Source: an uncultured bacterium (GTDB taxonomy: Bacteria; Oederibacteriota; PGYV01; CAWJRG01). From it: DNA of 64,000 bases. A program made the position numbers and the translations under genes. Below are positions 17,529 to 27,677 of the stretch, piece by piece (the first letter of the stretch is position 1; every line of letters begins with the position of its first letter). Location: contig CAWJRG010000009.1 of assembly GCA_963845185.1 (NCBI GenBank), positions 704,001-768,000 of the forward strand. The letters are read 5' to 3'. The notes under the pieces were generated by a model. That model saw only the letters and a program-made list of their open reading frames with translations. It did no database searches and had not been told where the DNA came from.

Positions 17529-18397
17529 AGATTTGCGAAGCGCTTAATTTTGCGAAAAATAAGCTGCACAAATTCATAAAAAACCGTAACGAGGCTTACA
17601 TGGAGGCCGAGAGCCTCTTGATCTATATCCTTAAAACATCAAGGGAAAAACTATATACAAGGCTGCGCGACAGCCTGGAAAATTCCGATAAAAAGAAATA
17701 TGTAAATCTCGTCTTGCTCCGCTGTAAAAGGATTCCTAAACAATACCTTGTAAAATTCGTTTTTTTTTATGACAGGAAATTTTATATTGAAAGCGGGGTT
17801 TTTATTCCAAGGCCTGAGACTGAATGCGTAATTGAAGCAGCAAAGAAGATACAATTGCAACTTGCCAAGAACTCAATCGCTGCTGACATTGGCACAGGCA
17901 GCGGCATAATAACACTAACGCTGTTAAAAGAAATTAAAAAATTCAAGAAGATATATGCTTATGACATAAGCACTAAAGCAATTAAAGTTTCTTGTTTCAA
18001 CGCTAAAAAATACGGCATTTCAGAAAAAATCAAGTTTATTCATGGAGATTTTTTCAGGCAAATAAACAGGACAAAAATCAAATTTGATGTTGTACTGTCG
18101 AACCCGCCGTATATAAAAATGGCTGATATGAAAAATCTTCAAAAAGAAGTTTTACACGAGCCGATCCCGGCCCTAACCGACAAAAAGGACGGATTATCTT
18201 TTTACAAAAAATTTATGAAATATGCTAAAATATACCTGAAAAATAGGGCCTATTTAATATTTGAGATAGGCGATAAAATGGGCCCAGAAGTAAGGAAAAT
18301 ATTCAAAGGCAAGGAATGGATTTTAATAAAAAGCATTTTTGATTTTAATAATAAAGAAAGGGTAATGGTATACAGGTATCTTGGTCAAACTAGATGA
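17525..18397 (+). CDS. prmC: Release factor glutamine methyltransferase
   Basis: FIPRPETE, DIGTGSG, SNPPY. Confidence 0.96.
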   Translation: MKICEALNFAKNKLHKFIKNRNEAYMEAESLLIYILKTSREKLYTRLRDSLENSDKKKYVNLVLLRCKRIPKQYLVKFVFFYDRKFYIESGVFIPRPETECVIEAAKKIQLQLAKNSIAADIGTGSGIITLTLLKEIKKFKKIYAYDISTKAIKVSCFNAKKYGISEKIKFIHGDFFRQINRTKIKFDVVLSNPPYIKMADMKNLQKEVLHEPIPALTDKKDGLSFYKKFMKYAKIYLKNRAYLIFEIGDKMGPEVRKIFKGKEWILIKSIFDFNNKERVMVYRYLGQTR

Positions 18398-19503
18398 AAA
18401 TTAAAATAATGATGATTATTTTTATAACAAGTTTTTATGCCACAGCTGTACTGCGGGCAGACTGGCTTATGTATAAGAAAGACATTTCCAGAAATGCGGT
18501 TATTGAGGACAAGACCCTTGATTTTAAAGGTTTTAAGGAAATCTGGCGTTTTAAGACAGCAGGAGGTGTGTATGCGACGCCATTGGTATATAAAAACAAA
18601 CTGCTGTTTGGCTCGCAAAACAATATATTTTACTGTCTTGACAGAAAGGCAGGCACTCTGATATGGCAAAGAAAATTTGGAAGTTTTATTTATGGTTCAT
18701 CAGCCGCTTTATACGAACCCAAAGACATGGTACTGGTCGGCTCTGTTGACAAAAATCTTTACGCGCTTAGCGCTGGCACAGGCAAAATTCTTTGGAAATT
18801 TGAAACGGGCGATTATGTTTTTGCATCAGTGCTGGTATGTGGGAAAGCTGTATATTTCGGTTCGGACGACAGGTTTGTTTATAAGTTATACGCCGATGAC
18901 GGCAAGCTAATCTGGAAAACGAAATTAAACGACAAAATACACGACAATTCATTTGCCATGCAGGATAATTTGCTTGTGACAGGTGATTTTTCAGGAATAA
19001 TTTACGGGATAGATTCCGACAACGGTACTATACTATGGAGTTACAAAACAGGCGCGAAGATGAACACAACACCGCTTATTTATAACGGCCAGATATTCGC
19101 AGGCTCAGAAGATAAAAATTTATACGCCATGGATAGAGGCGGTAAACTGAAATGGAAATACAAAACAGACAGTTTTGTCATGTCCCCGCCTTCGGCAGCT
19201 GGCAATCTGATATATTTCGGCGCCGGCAACGGCGAGGTTTTTTGCGTGGATATGCAAGGCAATAAAAAATGGAGCTCCAATATAATGCATGATTATATTT
19301 TTTCATGCCCCCTTATAGTAAATGACAGGGTAATTTTTACTTCATACAGCGACAGCATTTATGTTTTCAACCGCATGACAGGAGAGCTTCTTTTTTCCTA
19401 CAAGCTGGACGGTGATATATACGCGTCGCCCTATATTGACCGCGGATTTTTATTCATAGGCACCAGGTCGGACACGATGTTCTGCCTGGAACTTACGAGG
19501 TAA
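18394..19503 (+). CDS. PQQ-like beta-propeller repeat protein (BamB-like), exported
   Basis: Signal peptide; repeated SP...G.D..LYAL...G...W motifs. Confidence 0.85.
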   Translation: MKIKIMMIIFITSFYATAVLRADWLMYKKDISRNAVIEDKTLDFKGFKEIWRFKTAGGVYATPLVYKNKLLFGSQNNIFYCLDRKAGTLIWQRKFGSFIYGSSAALYEPKDMVLVGSVDKNLYALSAGTGKILWKFETGDYVFASVLVCGKAVYFGSDDRFVYKLYADDGKLIWKTKLNDKIHDNSFAMQDNLLVTGDFSGIIYGIDSDNGTILWSYKTGAKMNTTPLIYNGQIFAGSEDKNLYAMDRGGKLKWKYKTDSFVMSPPSAAGNLIYFGAGNGEVFCVDMQGNKKWSSNIMHDYIFSCPLIVNDRVIFTSYSDSIYVFNRMTGELLFSYKLDGDIYASPYIDRGFLFIGTRSDTMFCLELTR

Positions 19504-19507
19504 AAGA

Positions 19508-22500
19508 ATGATTTCAAAATTTGTGCATTTGCACCTTCACACAAAATACAGCTTACTGGACGGCATGTGTAAATTTGATGGCATTATAGAAAATGCGAAA
19601 AAATATGACATGAACGCGGTGGCGATAACCGACCACGGGAACATGTACGGTGTCATTGATTTTTACGACGAGATGGTAAAGGCCGGCATAAAGCCTATGA
19701 TTGGCTTGGAAACCTATGTGGTAAACGACATAAAAAAAGATATAAGCGAAAAAGTCAGGGAAAAAAATCACCTGGTGCTGCTTGTAAAAAATACCGAAGG
19801 TTACAAGAACTTGATTAAATTGTCCACTTATGCTTTCACACAGGGGTTTTATTACAAACCAACAATAGATAAAAATATCCTTCGAGAGCATTCATCAGGG
19901 CTTATCGCGATTTCCGCATGCATACACGGCGAAATCGCTGCTAAAATAATCAATAATGACGAGGCAGGGGCCTTTAACGCAGCTACCGAATACCTTTCTA
20001 TATTCGGTGAGGGAAATTTCTTTTTGGAGTCGCAATATCACGGGCTCGAGGAAGAAATTGTGATGAACAGGGGATTAAAGGAGCTCAGCCAGAAGACATC
20101 CATACCCATAGTCGCCACCAATGACGTGCATTACCTAAAAAAAGAAGACGCTAAGGCTCATGATATCCTTTTATGCATTCAGACCGGACAGACCATGAAA
20201 GCAGAAGACAGGATGCGTTTTGCGACAAACGAGTTTTATTTTAAAAATTACGATGAAATGAAGCAGGCGCTGCCAGAGCAAGTGGATGCCATAGAAAGGA
20301 CAGTTGAGGTTGCAAACAAATGCACTTTTGAACTGTCGCTTAACAAGAACAAATATTTTATGCCTTCTTATAAAATCAATGAAAATATTAAGGACCTTGA
20401 CGAATATCTTGCGGAAACCGCGAGAACAGCGCTTAATAAAAAATACAAAAAAGTTGACGATAATTATGCACAACGTCTGGAACATGAGCTTGGAATAATA
20501 AAAAAAATGGAATATTCTGGTTATTTCCTGATTGTTTACGACATAGTCAATTACGCCAAGGAAAACAATATCCCCGTCGGGCCGGGCAGGGGAAGTGCGG
20601 CAGGAAGCCTGGTTGCCTATGTCCTGGGAATAACCGACATTGACCCGCTGAAATACGACCTGCTCTTTGAGAGGTTTTTAAATCCCGACAGGGTATCGCC
20701 GCCTGATATAGACATTGATTTTTCAGATGAGGAAAGAGACAAGATAATAAGCTACATAGTCAATAAGTTTGGCAAAGACAGGGTTGCCCAGATAATAACC
20801 TTTCAGACTTTGGGTGCGCGCCAGGCAATAAGGGATGTAGGCAGGGTGCTTGAGATACCGCTTAAGGCGGTGGACGAGCTGGCAAAAAAGGTACCTGAAG
20901 GCATAAACGTTTCCCTGGCCGACGCACTTAAGGACGAGGGTTTCGTGACATTTGTAAACCAGGATACTGCAAGGCAGGAAATAGTAAACAACGCGCTGAA
21001 AATAGAGGGCCTGTTGCGACAGGATTCGACGCATGCCGCGGGTGTCGTGATAGCGCCTGAGGATCTTATCAATTATGTGCCGCTGGCTGTCCCGAAAGAC
21101 AAGGATAAAGACGACAAAATCTCGGATTTAAATTATATGACCCAGTATGAAATGGCAACCCTGGAAAAAATCGGGCTTTTAAAATTCGACATACTTGGAT
21201 TAAGAAACCTTTCTGTAATAAAAAAGACGCTTGAAATGATAAAGGAAAACACCGGCAAGGAAATCAAAATTCCGGACGATGATTTTTCAAACCAGGAAGT
21301 TTACAAATTACTGTCCGAAGGCAACACTGCAGGCGTATTCCAGCTGGAAAGTTCTGGCATGCGCGATTTACTTGTGAAAATAAAACCAACTGCTTTTGAG
21401 GAAATAATCGCAATAAATTCTCTTTTTAGGCCTGGGCCAATGAAAATGATTGACGATTACATAAGAAGGAAAAAAGGCATTGAAAAAATTAAATACGATA
21501 TGCCACAGCTTGAAGAGATATTAAAAACTACATACGGAATCCCGATTTACCAGGAACAGGTAATGCAGATAGCAGTAAAAGTGGCCGGGTTTACCCTGTC
21601 GGAAGCTGATAATTTAAGAAGGGCAATGTCAAAGAAGAAAGCTGATGTAATGGAAACCATCGGCGAAGCATTTATTAAAGGCGCGGTTAAAAACAATATC
21701 GACAAGGACGCGGCTGAAAACCTGTTTTTAAAGCTTGACCAGTTCAGCCAGTATGGCTTTAACAAATCACATGCTGCGGCTTACGCCGTGCTTGCCTACC
21801 AGACAGCTTATTTAAAGACTTTATATCCTGTCGAATACATGGCCGCGCTTTTGACAAGTGTCATGGACAAGCAGGAAAAAATGACGTTTTACATACAGGA
21901 CTGCGCAAAAAACAACATAAAGGTCCTGCCACCGGATATAAATAAAAGCGGCGTTGATTTTAAGGTGGAAATGAATACAATAAGGTTCGGTCTTGCCGCA
22001 GTAAAAAACGTTGGCCTTCTCGCGGCCAGGGATATAGTCGCAAAGCGCTGGGAAAAAGGTGATTATACGGCAATATTTGATTTCTGCCAGAAAGTTAATT
22101 TAAGGATTGTGAATTCAAAAACGATTGAAAGTCTGGTAAAGGCCGGCGCTTTTGACTGTACGCTTTCAAAAAGGGCGCAGGTATTTGAAGGCATTGAAAA
22201 AGCCATGAAAACTGCTGAATCCCTGCAAAAGAATGCCGCGTCAGGCCAGGAGAACCTGTTTGAAGTAAAGGAGGACGAAAGCCTGTCTGATATACCGGAG
22301 TGGGCTGAAAGCCGTTTATTAACGTTTGAAAAAGAAGTACTGGGAATTTACATTTCTTCGCATCCGCTTGCCAAATATGAAAAACTGCTGAAATATGTTG
22401 CAATGAATATAAAGAATTTGAAGGAAAACAGGCCGAAAAATTCCGATGTTGTCTTTATTGGTGGGGTTGTGCATGATTTGGCGAAAAAGATAAACCAAAA

Positions 22501-22951
22501 AGGCGAAGAAAAGATGCATTTTTTCATAGAAGATTTGACGGATAAAATAAAAGTAATAGCCAGCGAGAAATTGACTAGGGAAAAGAAAGATATTTTCGGG
22601 GACTCTATAATGTTTATGATAAGGGGCAAAATGAGTTTTTATGACGAAGATGACCCTGTTGTATACGCGGATGGCATAATAAAACTGAATGAAGCTTACG
22701 GGATGCTGGGTAAATTTGTTCATATTAACCTGCTCGAAACCGGGAATGAAGAAATAATTATTAATGAAATAAAGGCCATAATTAGCCGGAATAAAGGCGA
22801 GGCAAAAATTATATTGCATTTGTTGACCGCCGACAACAAGGATTACACAGTAAAGCTGGCTGATAACAGCGGAGTGAAAGTGAACGAAGAATTGTTGCAA
22901 CAGCTTGGTAACATTGTGGGCGAAGAGAATATTAGGCTGTCATGGAAATGA
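19508..22951 (+). CDS. dnaE: DNA polymerase III alpha subunit
   Basis: HLHLHTKYSLLDG, GPGRGSAAGS, PDIDIDF, KFDILGL, YGFNKSH. Confidence 0.99.
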   Translation: MISKFVHLHLHTKYSLLDGMCKFDGIIENAKKYDMNAVAITDHGNMYGVIDFYDEMVKAGIKPMIGLETYVVNDIKKDISEKVREKNHLVLLVKNTEGYKNLIKLSTYAFTQGFYYKPTIDKNILREHSSGLIAISACIHGEIAAKIINNDEAGAFNAATEYLSIFGEGNFFLESQYHGLEEEIVMNRGLKELSQKTSIPIVATNDVHYLKKEDAKAHDILLCIQTGQTMKAEDRMRFATNEFYFKNYDEMKQALPEQVDAIERTVEVANKCTFELSLNKNKYFMPSYKINENIKDLDEYLAETARTALNKKYKKVDDNYAQRLEHELGIIKKMEYSGYFLIVYDIVNYAKENNIPVGPGRGSAAGSLVAYVLGITDIDPLKYDLLFERFLNPDRVSPPDIDIDFSDEERDKIISYIVNKFGKDRVAQIITFQTLGARQAIRDVGRVLEIPLKAVDELAKKVPEGINVSLADALKDEGFVTFVNQDTARQEIVNNALKIEGLLRQDSTHAAGVVIAPEDLINYVPLAVPKDKDKDDKISDLNYMTQYEMATLEKIGLLKFDILGLRNLSVIKKTLEMIKENTGKEIKIPDDDFSNQEVYKLLSEGNTAGVFQLESSGMRDLLVKIKPTAFEEIIAINSLFRPGPMKMIDDYIRRKKGIEKIKYDMPQLEEILKTTYGIPIYQEQVMQIAVKVAGFTLSEADNLRRAMSKKKADVMETIGEAFIKGAVKNNIDKDAAENLFLKLDQFSQYGFNKSHAAAYAVLAYQTAYLKTLYPVEYMAALLTSVMDKQEKMTFYIQDCAKNNIKVLPPDINKSGVDFKVEMNTIRFGLAAVKNVGLLAARDIVAKRWEKGDYTAIFDFCQKVNLRIVNSKTIESLVKAGAFDCTLSKRAQVFEGIEKAMKTAESLQKNAASGQENLFEVKEDESLSDIPEWAESRLLTFEKEVLGIYISSHPLAKYEKLLKYVAMNIKNLKENRPKNSDVVFIGGVVHDLAKKINQKGEEKMHFFIEDLTDKIKVIASEKLTREKKDIFGDSIMFMIRGKMSFYDEDDPVVYADGIIKLNEAYGMLGKFVHINLLETGNEEIIINEIKAIISRNKGEAKIILHLLTADNKDYTVKLADNSGVKVNEELLQQLGNIVGEENIRLSWK

Positions 22952-22966
22952 TGAAAGGTGGTTGTT

Positions 22967-23185
22967 ATGAATCCTGAAGCAATTGGCAAATTATTAATAA
23001 TTACTGGGCTTGTGCTTGTTGTTATAGGTGCACTTTTTATTTTTACAAAATTTATTCCCATGGGCAGGTTGCCTGGGGATATTTATATCAAAAAAGACAA
23101 TTTTTCTTTTTATTTTCCTTTGGCTACGTCAATAATCATAAGTATAATATTGACCTTAATTTCCTTTTTTCTCGGAAAGAAATGA
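22967..23185 (+). CDS. DUF2905 small membrane protein
   Basis: GRLPGDI...FYFPLATSIIIS signature. Confidence 0.9.
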   Translation: MNPEAIGKLLIITGLVLVVIGALFIFTKFIPMGRLPGDIYIKKDNFSFYFPLATSIIISIILTLISFFLGKK

Positions 23186-23189
23186 CAGG

Positions 23190-24368
23190 ATGAAAACCAA
23201 GCTGCTTTCTTTCATCCTGGCTGTTTTTCTTTTTCCTTCCTGCGTATCATTGAAGGAACACGCAAAAGTTTCCAGCAAAGAAATACAAATACAAAAAGAG
23301 GAATTAAACCAGGAAGTTGTTGAAAAAAAGATAATACTGAAAGTTTTGATAGCGAAAAAGTCAAACGATGCCGTGTTTGAATCAGACAGCGGAATCAAAA
23401 TAAAAGATAACGCCATGGAACTTTCTAAAAAGTACACAGTATCACTTGAAAAAGGGAATATTTATGTTAACGGCAACAAAGCAGAGGGTGATAGGCTGTT
23501 TTTTCAAGCAAAAGACAATTTGATAAAATTCGGTAAAAACAGGTATAGGGGCAGCTTCATGATAAAAAATATGGGCGATGAAATGCTTGTAATTAATCTC
23601 GTCGAGCTTGAAAAATATTTGTACGGCGTCCTGCCGTCAGAAATATCGTCAAAATGGGACATTGAAGCATTAAAAGCCCAGGCGGTTGCGGCAAGAAGTT
23701 TCGCCATATATCAGAAAATTAACTCCAAATATCCGGATTATGACCTGGATTCAACCGTATTATCCCAGGTTTACAAAGGTTATGACGTGGAAAAAGAAAC
23801 CGCAAATAAGGCCATTGAAAGCACTTATGGGGAAGTCCTAACTTATGAAAACAAGGTAATACAGGCATTTTTTCACTCAAACAGCGGTGGCAGGACCGAG
23901 TCATCCGAAGAAGCATGGGGCGGAAATTTGGATTATCTTAAAAGCGTTGACGACCCTTTCTGCATTAGCCAGCCACACTACAAATGGACTCTTGTGCTTG
24001 ATAAAACAAAAGTCTATGATGTGCTGCGCAAAAACAGCATAAACCCCGGTGAAATTTATGATATATCGCCCAATGAAAGGACTGAAAGCAACAGGATAAA
24101 GTCTTTACGGATTTCCGGGAGCAATGGGTCATTTACGGTAAAAGCAAAGGATTTCAGGGCTTATTTTGGCGTGGATGCAATTAAAAGCACAAATTTTGAC
24201 CTAGAGCAGAGAAACGATAAGTTTTATTTTAGGGGATTTGGCTGGGGGCACGGGGTAGGGCTGTCGCAGGAAGGCGCGGACGGCATGGCTGATAAGGGGT
24301 TTTCATACTCAGATATACTGAAACATTTTTATACAGGCGTGAAAATAATGAAGATAGAAATCAAATGA
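23190..24368 (+). CDS. SpoIID/LytB-domain lytic transglycosylase-like lipoprotein
   Basis: YLYGVLPSE, EALKAQAVAARS, QVYKG, GWGHGVGLSQEGA; N-terminal Cys lipobox-like. Confidence 0.93.
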   Translation: MKTKLLSFILAVFLFPSCVSLKEHAKVSSKEIQIQKEELNQEVVEKKIILKVLIAKKSNDAVFESDSGIKIKDNAMELSKKYTVSLEKGNIYVNGNKAEGDRLFFQAKDNLIKFGKNRYRGSFMIKNMGDEMLVINLVELEKYLYGVLPSEISSKWDIEALKAQAVAARSFAIYQKINSKYPDYDLDSTVLSQVYKGYDVEKETANKAIESTYGEVLTYENKVIQAFFHSNSGGRTESSEEAWGGNLDYLKSVDDPFCISQPHYKWTLVLDKTKVYDVLRKNSINPGEIYDISPNERTESNRIKSLRISGSNGSFTVKAKDFRAYFGVDAIKSTNFDLEQRNDKFYFRGFGWGHGVGLSQEGADGMADKGFSYSDILKHFYTGVKIMKIEIK

Positions 24369-24418
24369 AAAGATTTTTAACAAGTTTGGATAAGATTAGG
24401 CTATAAGCTGAGGTTATT

Positions 24419-25462
24419 ATGAATTCTTTAAGAAACATCCTTTTAGTAGTTATAACGGTAATTTTATGGCTTGTGTTTGGTTTCATAATTGCAAATAAAA
24501 TGAATGAAAACAATTCATTCGAAAACAAGCTTGAAGCTATGATGCCAAAAGATAAAGACAATTTTGACTTTTCCCAGACAATTTTCAACATAACAAAAAT
24601 GATTGATAGCGATGCAGATGCGGAATGGTGCAAAAGAGAACTGGCGTCGCTTACTCATGAATTAAGACTTTCACTAGGTGATGAAGGCAATCCCGAAGAA
24701 AAAGTTAAAATTATAAATAATTTTATGTTTAAGGAAAAAGGCTTCGGTTACAGTGAACGAGCAAAAGAATATTTTGCAGGAAAAATCCCGGATAATCAAT
24801 TATCCAATGAAGAATACAGGGATTTTTTTACGATATCAGCTCTCCTTAAAACAAGAAAAGGCGTATGCCTGAACCTGTCCATACTTTATCTGATGCTCGC
24901 CGAGCAGCTCAAACTTCCTATTTACGGTTCTATTTTACCAGGACACATATTTGTTAGGTATATTGAAGACGGCAGAAGCAGGATAAATATAGACCCAGCC
25001 GGAAGCGGCCTTGAGTATTATCATTATGACGATTCTTTTAAAATAGACCTAGATGATAAAAATGACAGCATTTACGGACAAAAAGTGGGCAATTATAATG
25101 TCGTAGGGGCATATTTGTATAACCTTGCCATAATATGCGAAAGAATGTGTAAAAGGGGCAAGGCTGAAATATTGTTTAAAAAAGCAGCTGAAATAAACCC
25201 AAACGATGCCAATACCCATTATGCCTTAGCCGAATACCTTTTTAATGACAAAAAGTACTCTGATGCTGAAAGGCAGTATAGGGAATCCATCAGGCTTTAT
25301 CCGAATAATTCTAATGCTCACAGTGCCCTTGCAGTGGCCTGTTTTTTGCAGGCTGAGTATTATGACGCTGAAAAAGAAATCAATGAAGCCTTAAGATTAA
25401 ATCCCAATAATGAGTATGCCAAGCAATGGCTGGAAAAAATACAAAAGTTAAGGAAACAATAA
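24419..25462 (+). CDS. Membrane-anchored transglutaminase-like (SirB1-like) domain plus TPR protein
   Basis: RKGVCLNLSILY, LPGHIFVRY, NIDP; three C-terminal TPRs. Confidence 0.75.
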   Translation: MNSLRNILLVVITVILWLVFGFIIANKMNENNSFENKLEAMMPKDKDNFDFSQTIFNITKMIDSDADAEWCKRELASLTHELRLSLGDEGNPEEKVKIINNFMFKEKGFGYSERAKEYFAGKIPDNQLSNEEYRDFFTISALLKTRKGVCLNLSILYLMLAEQLKLPIYGSILPGHIFVRYIEDGRSRINIDPAGSGLEYYHYDDSFKIDLDDKNDSIYGQKVGNYNVVGAYLYNLAIICERMCKRGKAEILFKKAAEINPNDANTHYALAEYLFNDKKYSDAERQYRESIRLYPNNSNAHSALAVACFLQAEYYDAEKEINEALRLNPNNEYAKQWLEKIQKLRKQ

Positions 25463-25483
25463 ACAAAGTGCATTATTTCATTC

Positions 25484-25512
25484 TTGACAACACGGTTTTA
25501 CTGGGATAAAAT
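25484..25512 (+). promoter_or_regulatory. Putative sigma70 promoter
   Basis: TTGACA (25484-25489), 17 bp, TAAAAT (25507-25512). Confidence 0.6.
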
Positions 25513-25553
25513 AATCAGGATTTTAGGCAGGAAAATAAAAGTAGGAGGATTTT

Positions 25554-26276
25554 ATGAGAATTAGATTGTTTCATTTTATCTTTTTAATAGGATTTTTTCT
25601 TATGAATAATCATATTTTTTGCCAGCAAAACGTAGATAACGGCAACGAATCCGGTAATCAGGCATCTTTTTCGGATAACAATAAAATACCGGATCAGGAC
25701 GATGCATATTTTTTTACACCGACGGTTGTTGTTACACCCATATATTCTTTGACCCCGCAGGAAAAGAAAGTTTGGGCATTATTATCCAGCACAAAAAGTT
25801 ACATTGACAGAATAAATCTTGATACTAAAAGGTATGAGAAATTTCTTAGAGAAAACCTTGATAAAAATTTGATGGATTTAGGTAAAGTAATAAGTACAAT
25901 ACACACTGCAGCTTCGATATACGAAAGGGATAAAGTAGAATACGTGTGGTCTGAAACCATAAAGGATCCCGTACGTAATTTGCAAATAGTAAAAGAATAT
26001 GTAAACGAATTCAATGAAGATTTTAAAACAATGGGGAAAAATCAAAAAAAAGTTAAACGCATTATAAAAAAAGAATCCAAAGGCATCCAGAAAATAGATG
26101 AAGTCAAGAAGGCTTATAATGATAATAATGAAGACATAAAGGAAATTCATAAAAAAATAATCTATTTTGAAAATCTTTACAACAATTATGAAATACTTTA
26201 TGCGAAGAAAGTAAAGGAAAAAGAAGCGAAAATTAACAAGTTAATAACCGACAATAAGGAACTGCATAAACCCTAA
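25554..26276 (+). CDS. Hypothetical exported coiled-coil protein
   Basis: AGGAGG RBS, signal peptide, helical K/E-rich body. Confidence 0.7.
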   Translation: MRIRLFHFIFLIGFFLMNNHIFCQQNVDNGNESGNQASFSDNNKIPDQDDAYFFTPTVVVTPIYSLTPQEKKVWALLSSTKSYIDRINLDTKRYEKFLRENLDKNLMDLGKVISTIHTAASIYERDKVEYVWSETIKDPVRNLQIVKEYVNEFNEDFKTMGKNQKKVKRIIKKESKGIQKIDEVKKAYNDNNEDIKEIHKKIIYFENLYNNYEILYAKKVKEKEAKINKLITDNKELHKP

Positions 26277-26296
26277 GTTTTGAAAAACCCAATAAT

Positions 26297-27439
26297 ATGA
26301 ACAATAAATTAAAGGGCGCGACCCGGTTTACAAAATTATTTCTTCGTATGCAATATAAAAATAGAAAAACAATTGGCTTTGGTGGATTATTTAAGAATAC
26401 AATATGTTTTCTATTCAATAAAAAAGCTCTGATATCAAATTCTTTTGGAGACCTAGAAAATAATATAAATTACAACCATTTTGAATATACTATAAAAAAT
26501 TTTATAAAAAGGAATAATTTTCATCCTGAAGTTATTGTATGTGACAAACACCCTGATTTTTTATCCGGAATTTACGCAGAAAAATTTGGCATAGCAAATA
26601 AAATCCCAATTTATAAAATCCAACACCATTATGCACATTTATTGTCTGTTTTGGCCGAAAATAATTTTTATAAAAAAACTATTGGTGTTTTATTTGATGG
26701 GACGGGGTACGGCGACGACGGCAATATATGGGGTGGTGAATTCATAGTTGGAAATCATTCTAATTATATAAGGGCAGCACATCTCAAATATAGGAAATTA
26801 CCTGGTGGTGATGCGGCAAGCAGGGAAGGGTACCGTATGGCAATCAGCTTACTTAATGAATTTCTGTCTAAAAAAAATATTCTTAGAATGTATAAACGAA
26901 TAAACGCGGAATTAATCATGCAAATGCTGGATAAAAACATTAATACTCCGTTGACATCTAGTGCGGGCAGGATTTTTGATGCAGTCGCTTCCATCATAGG
27001 CATATGCGATATTTCAACCTACGAAGCAGAAGCAGCAATAAAGCTTCAGGCGTCAGCTCAATCATTAAAAGGTAGGGAAATTAAGGCATATTCTTTTAAA
27101 ATCAAAAAAACTGTTAACGGCATCTATGAAGCTGATATAATACCTGCAATAAAGGAAATATTGGAGGATAAAAACAAAAAATCAAAAGCGTATATAGCGA
27201 TGGCATTTCATAAAACACTGGCTTGTCTGATATGTGATACCGTTAAAATATTAGCAAAAAAACATAAAGTATTAAATATCGCCTTAAGTGGAGGCGTGTT
27301 TCAAAACAGCATACTTTTAAATGAAACTATTAATTTATTGAAAAAAAATAGATTTAATGTTTTAATGCATAACAAATTATCACCTGGTGATGCTTCAATA
27401 TCATTGGGCCAGGCGGTATATGGTGCAATAAAAGGCTAA
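26297..27439 (+). CDS. hypF: Carbamoyltransferase HypF, Kae1-like C-terminal domain only
   Basis: DKHPD, QHHYAH, DGTGYGDDG..WGGE, SSAGRIFDAV, LSGGVFQN, SLGQ. No acylphosphatase, Zn-finger or YrdC-like domains. Confidence 0.85.
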   Translation: MNNKLKGATRFTKLFLRMQYKNRKTIGFGGLFKNTICFLFNKKALISNSFGDLENNINYNHFEYTIKNFIKRNNFHPEVIVCDKHPDFLSGIYAEKFGIANKIPIYKIQHHYAHLLSVLAENNFYKKTIGVLFDGTGYGDDGNIWGGEFIVGNHSNYIRAAHLKYRKLPGGDAASREGYRMAISLLNEFLSKKNILRMYKRINAELIMQMLDKNINTPLTSSAGRIFDAVASIIGICDISTYEAEAAIKLQASAQSLKGREIKAYSFKIKKTVNGIYEADIIPAIKEILEDKNKKSKAYIAMAFHKTLACLICDTVKILAKKHKVLNIALSGGVFQNSILLNETINLLKKNRFNVLMHNKLSPGDASISLGQAVYGAIKG

Positions 27440-27452
27440 GAAGGAGAATTTT

Positions 27453-27677
27453 ATGTGTCTTGCAGTTCCCGGGAAAATATTAAAAGTAGATAACGAATTT
27501 GCAAAAGTAAGTTTTCAGGGCATAATAAAAAAAATAAATATCCAGCTTGTACCTGATATAAAAAGAGGGGAATATTGCCTTGTACACGCGGGTTTTGCCA
27601 TCGAGAAAATAGACAAGGAATACGCAAAAGAAGCGCAGGGTTATCTCGAGGAATTATATGGCAAAAACAAAGAGTAA
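27453..27677 (+). CDS. hypC: Hydrogenase maturation chaperone HypC
   Basis: MCLAVP, LVHAGFAI. Confidence 0.97.
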   Translation: MCLAVPGKILKVDNEFAKVSFQGIIKKINIQLVPDIKRGEYCLVHAGFAIEKIDKEYAKEAQGYLEELYGKNKE

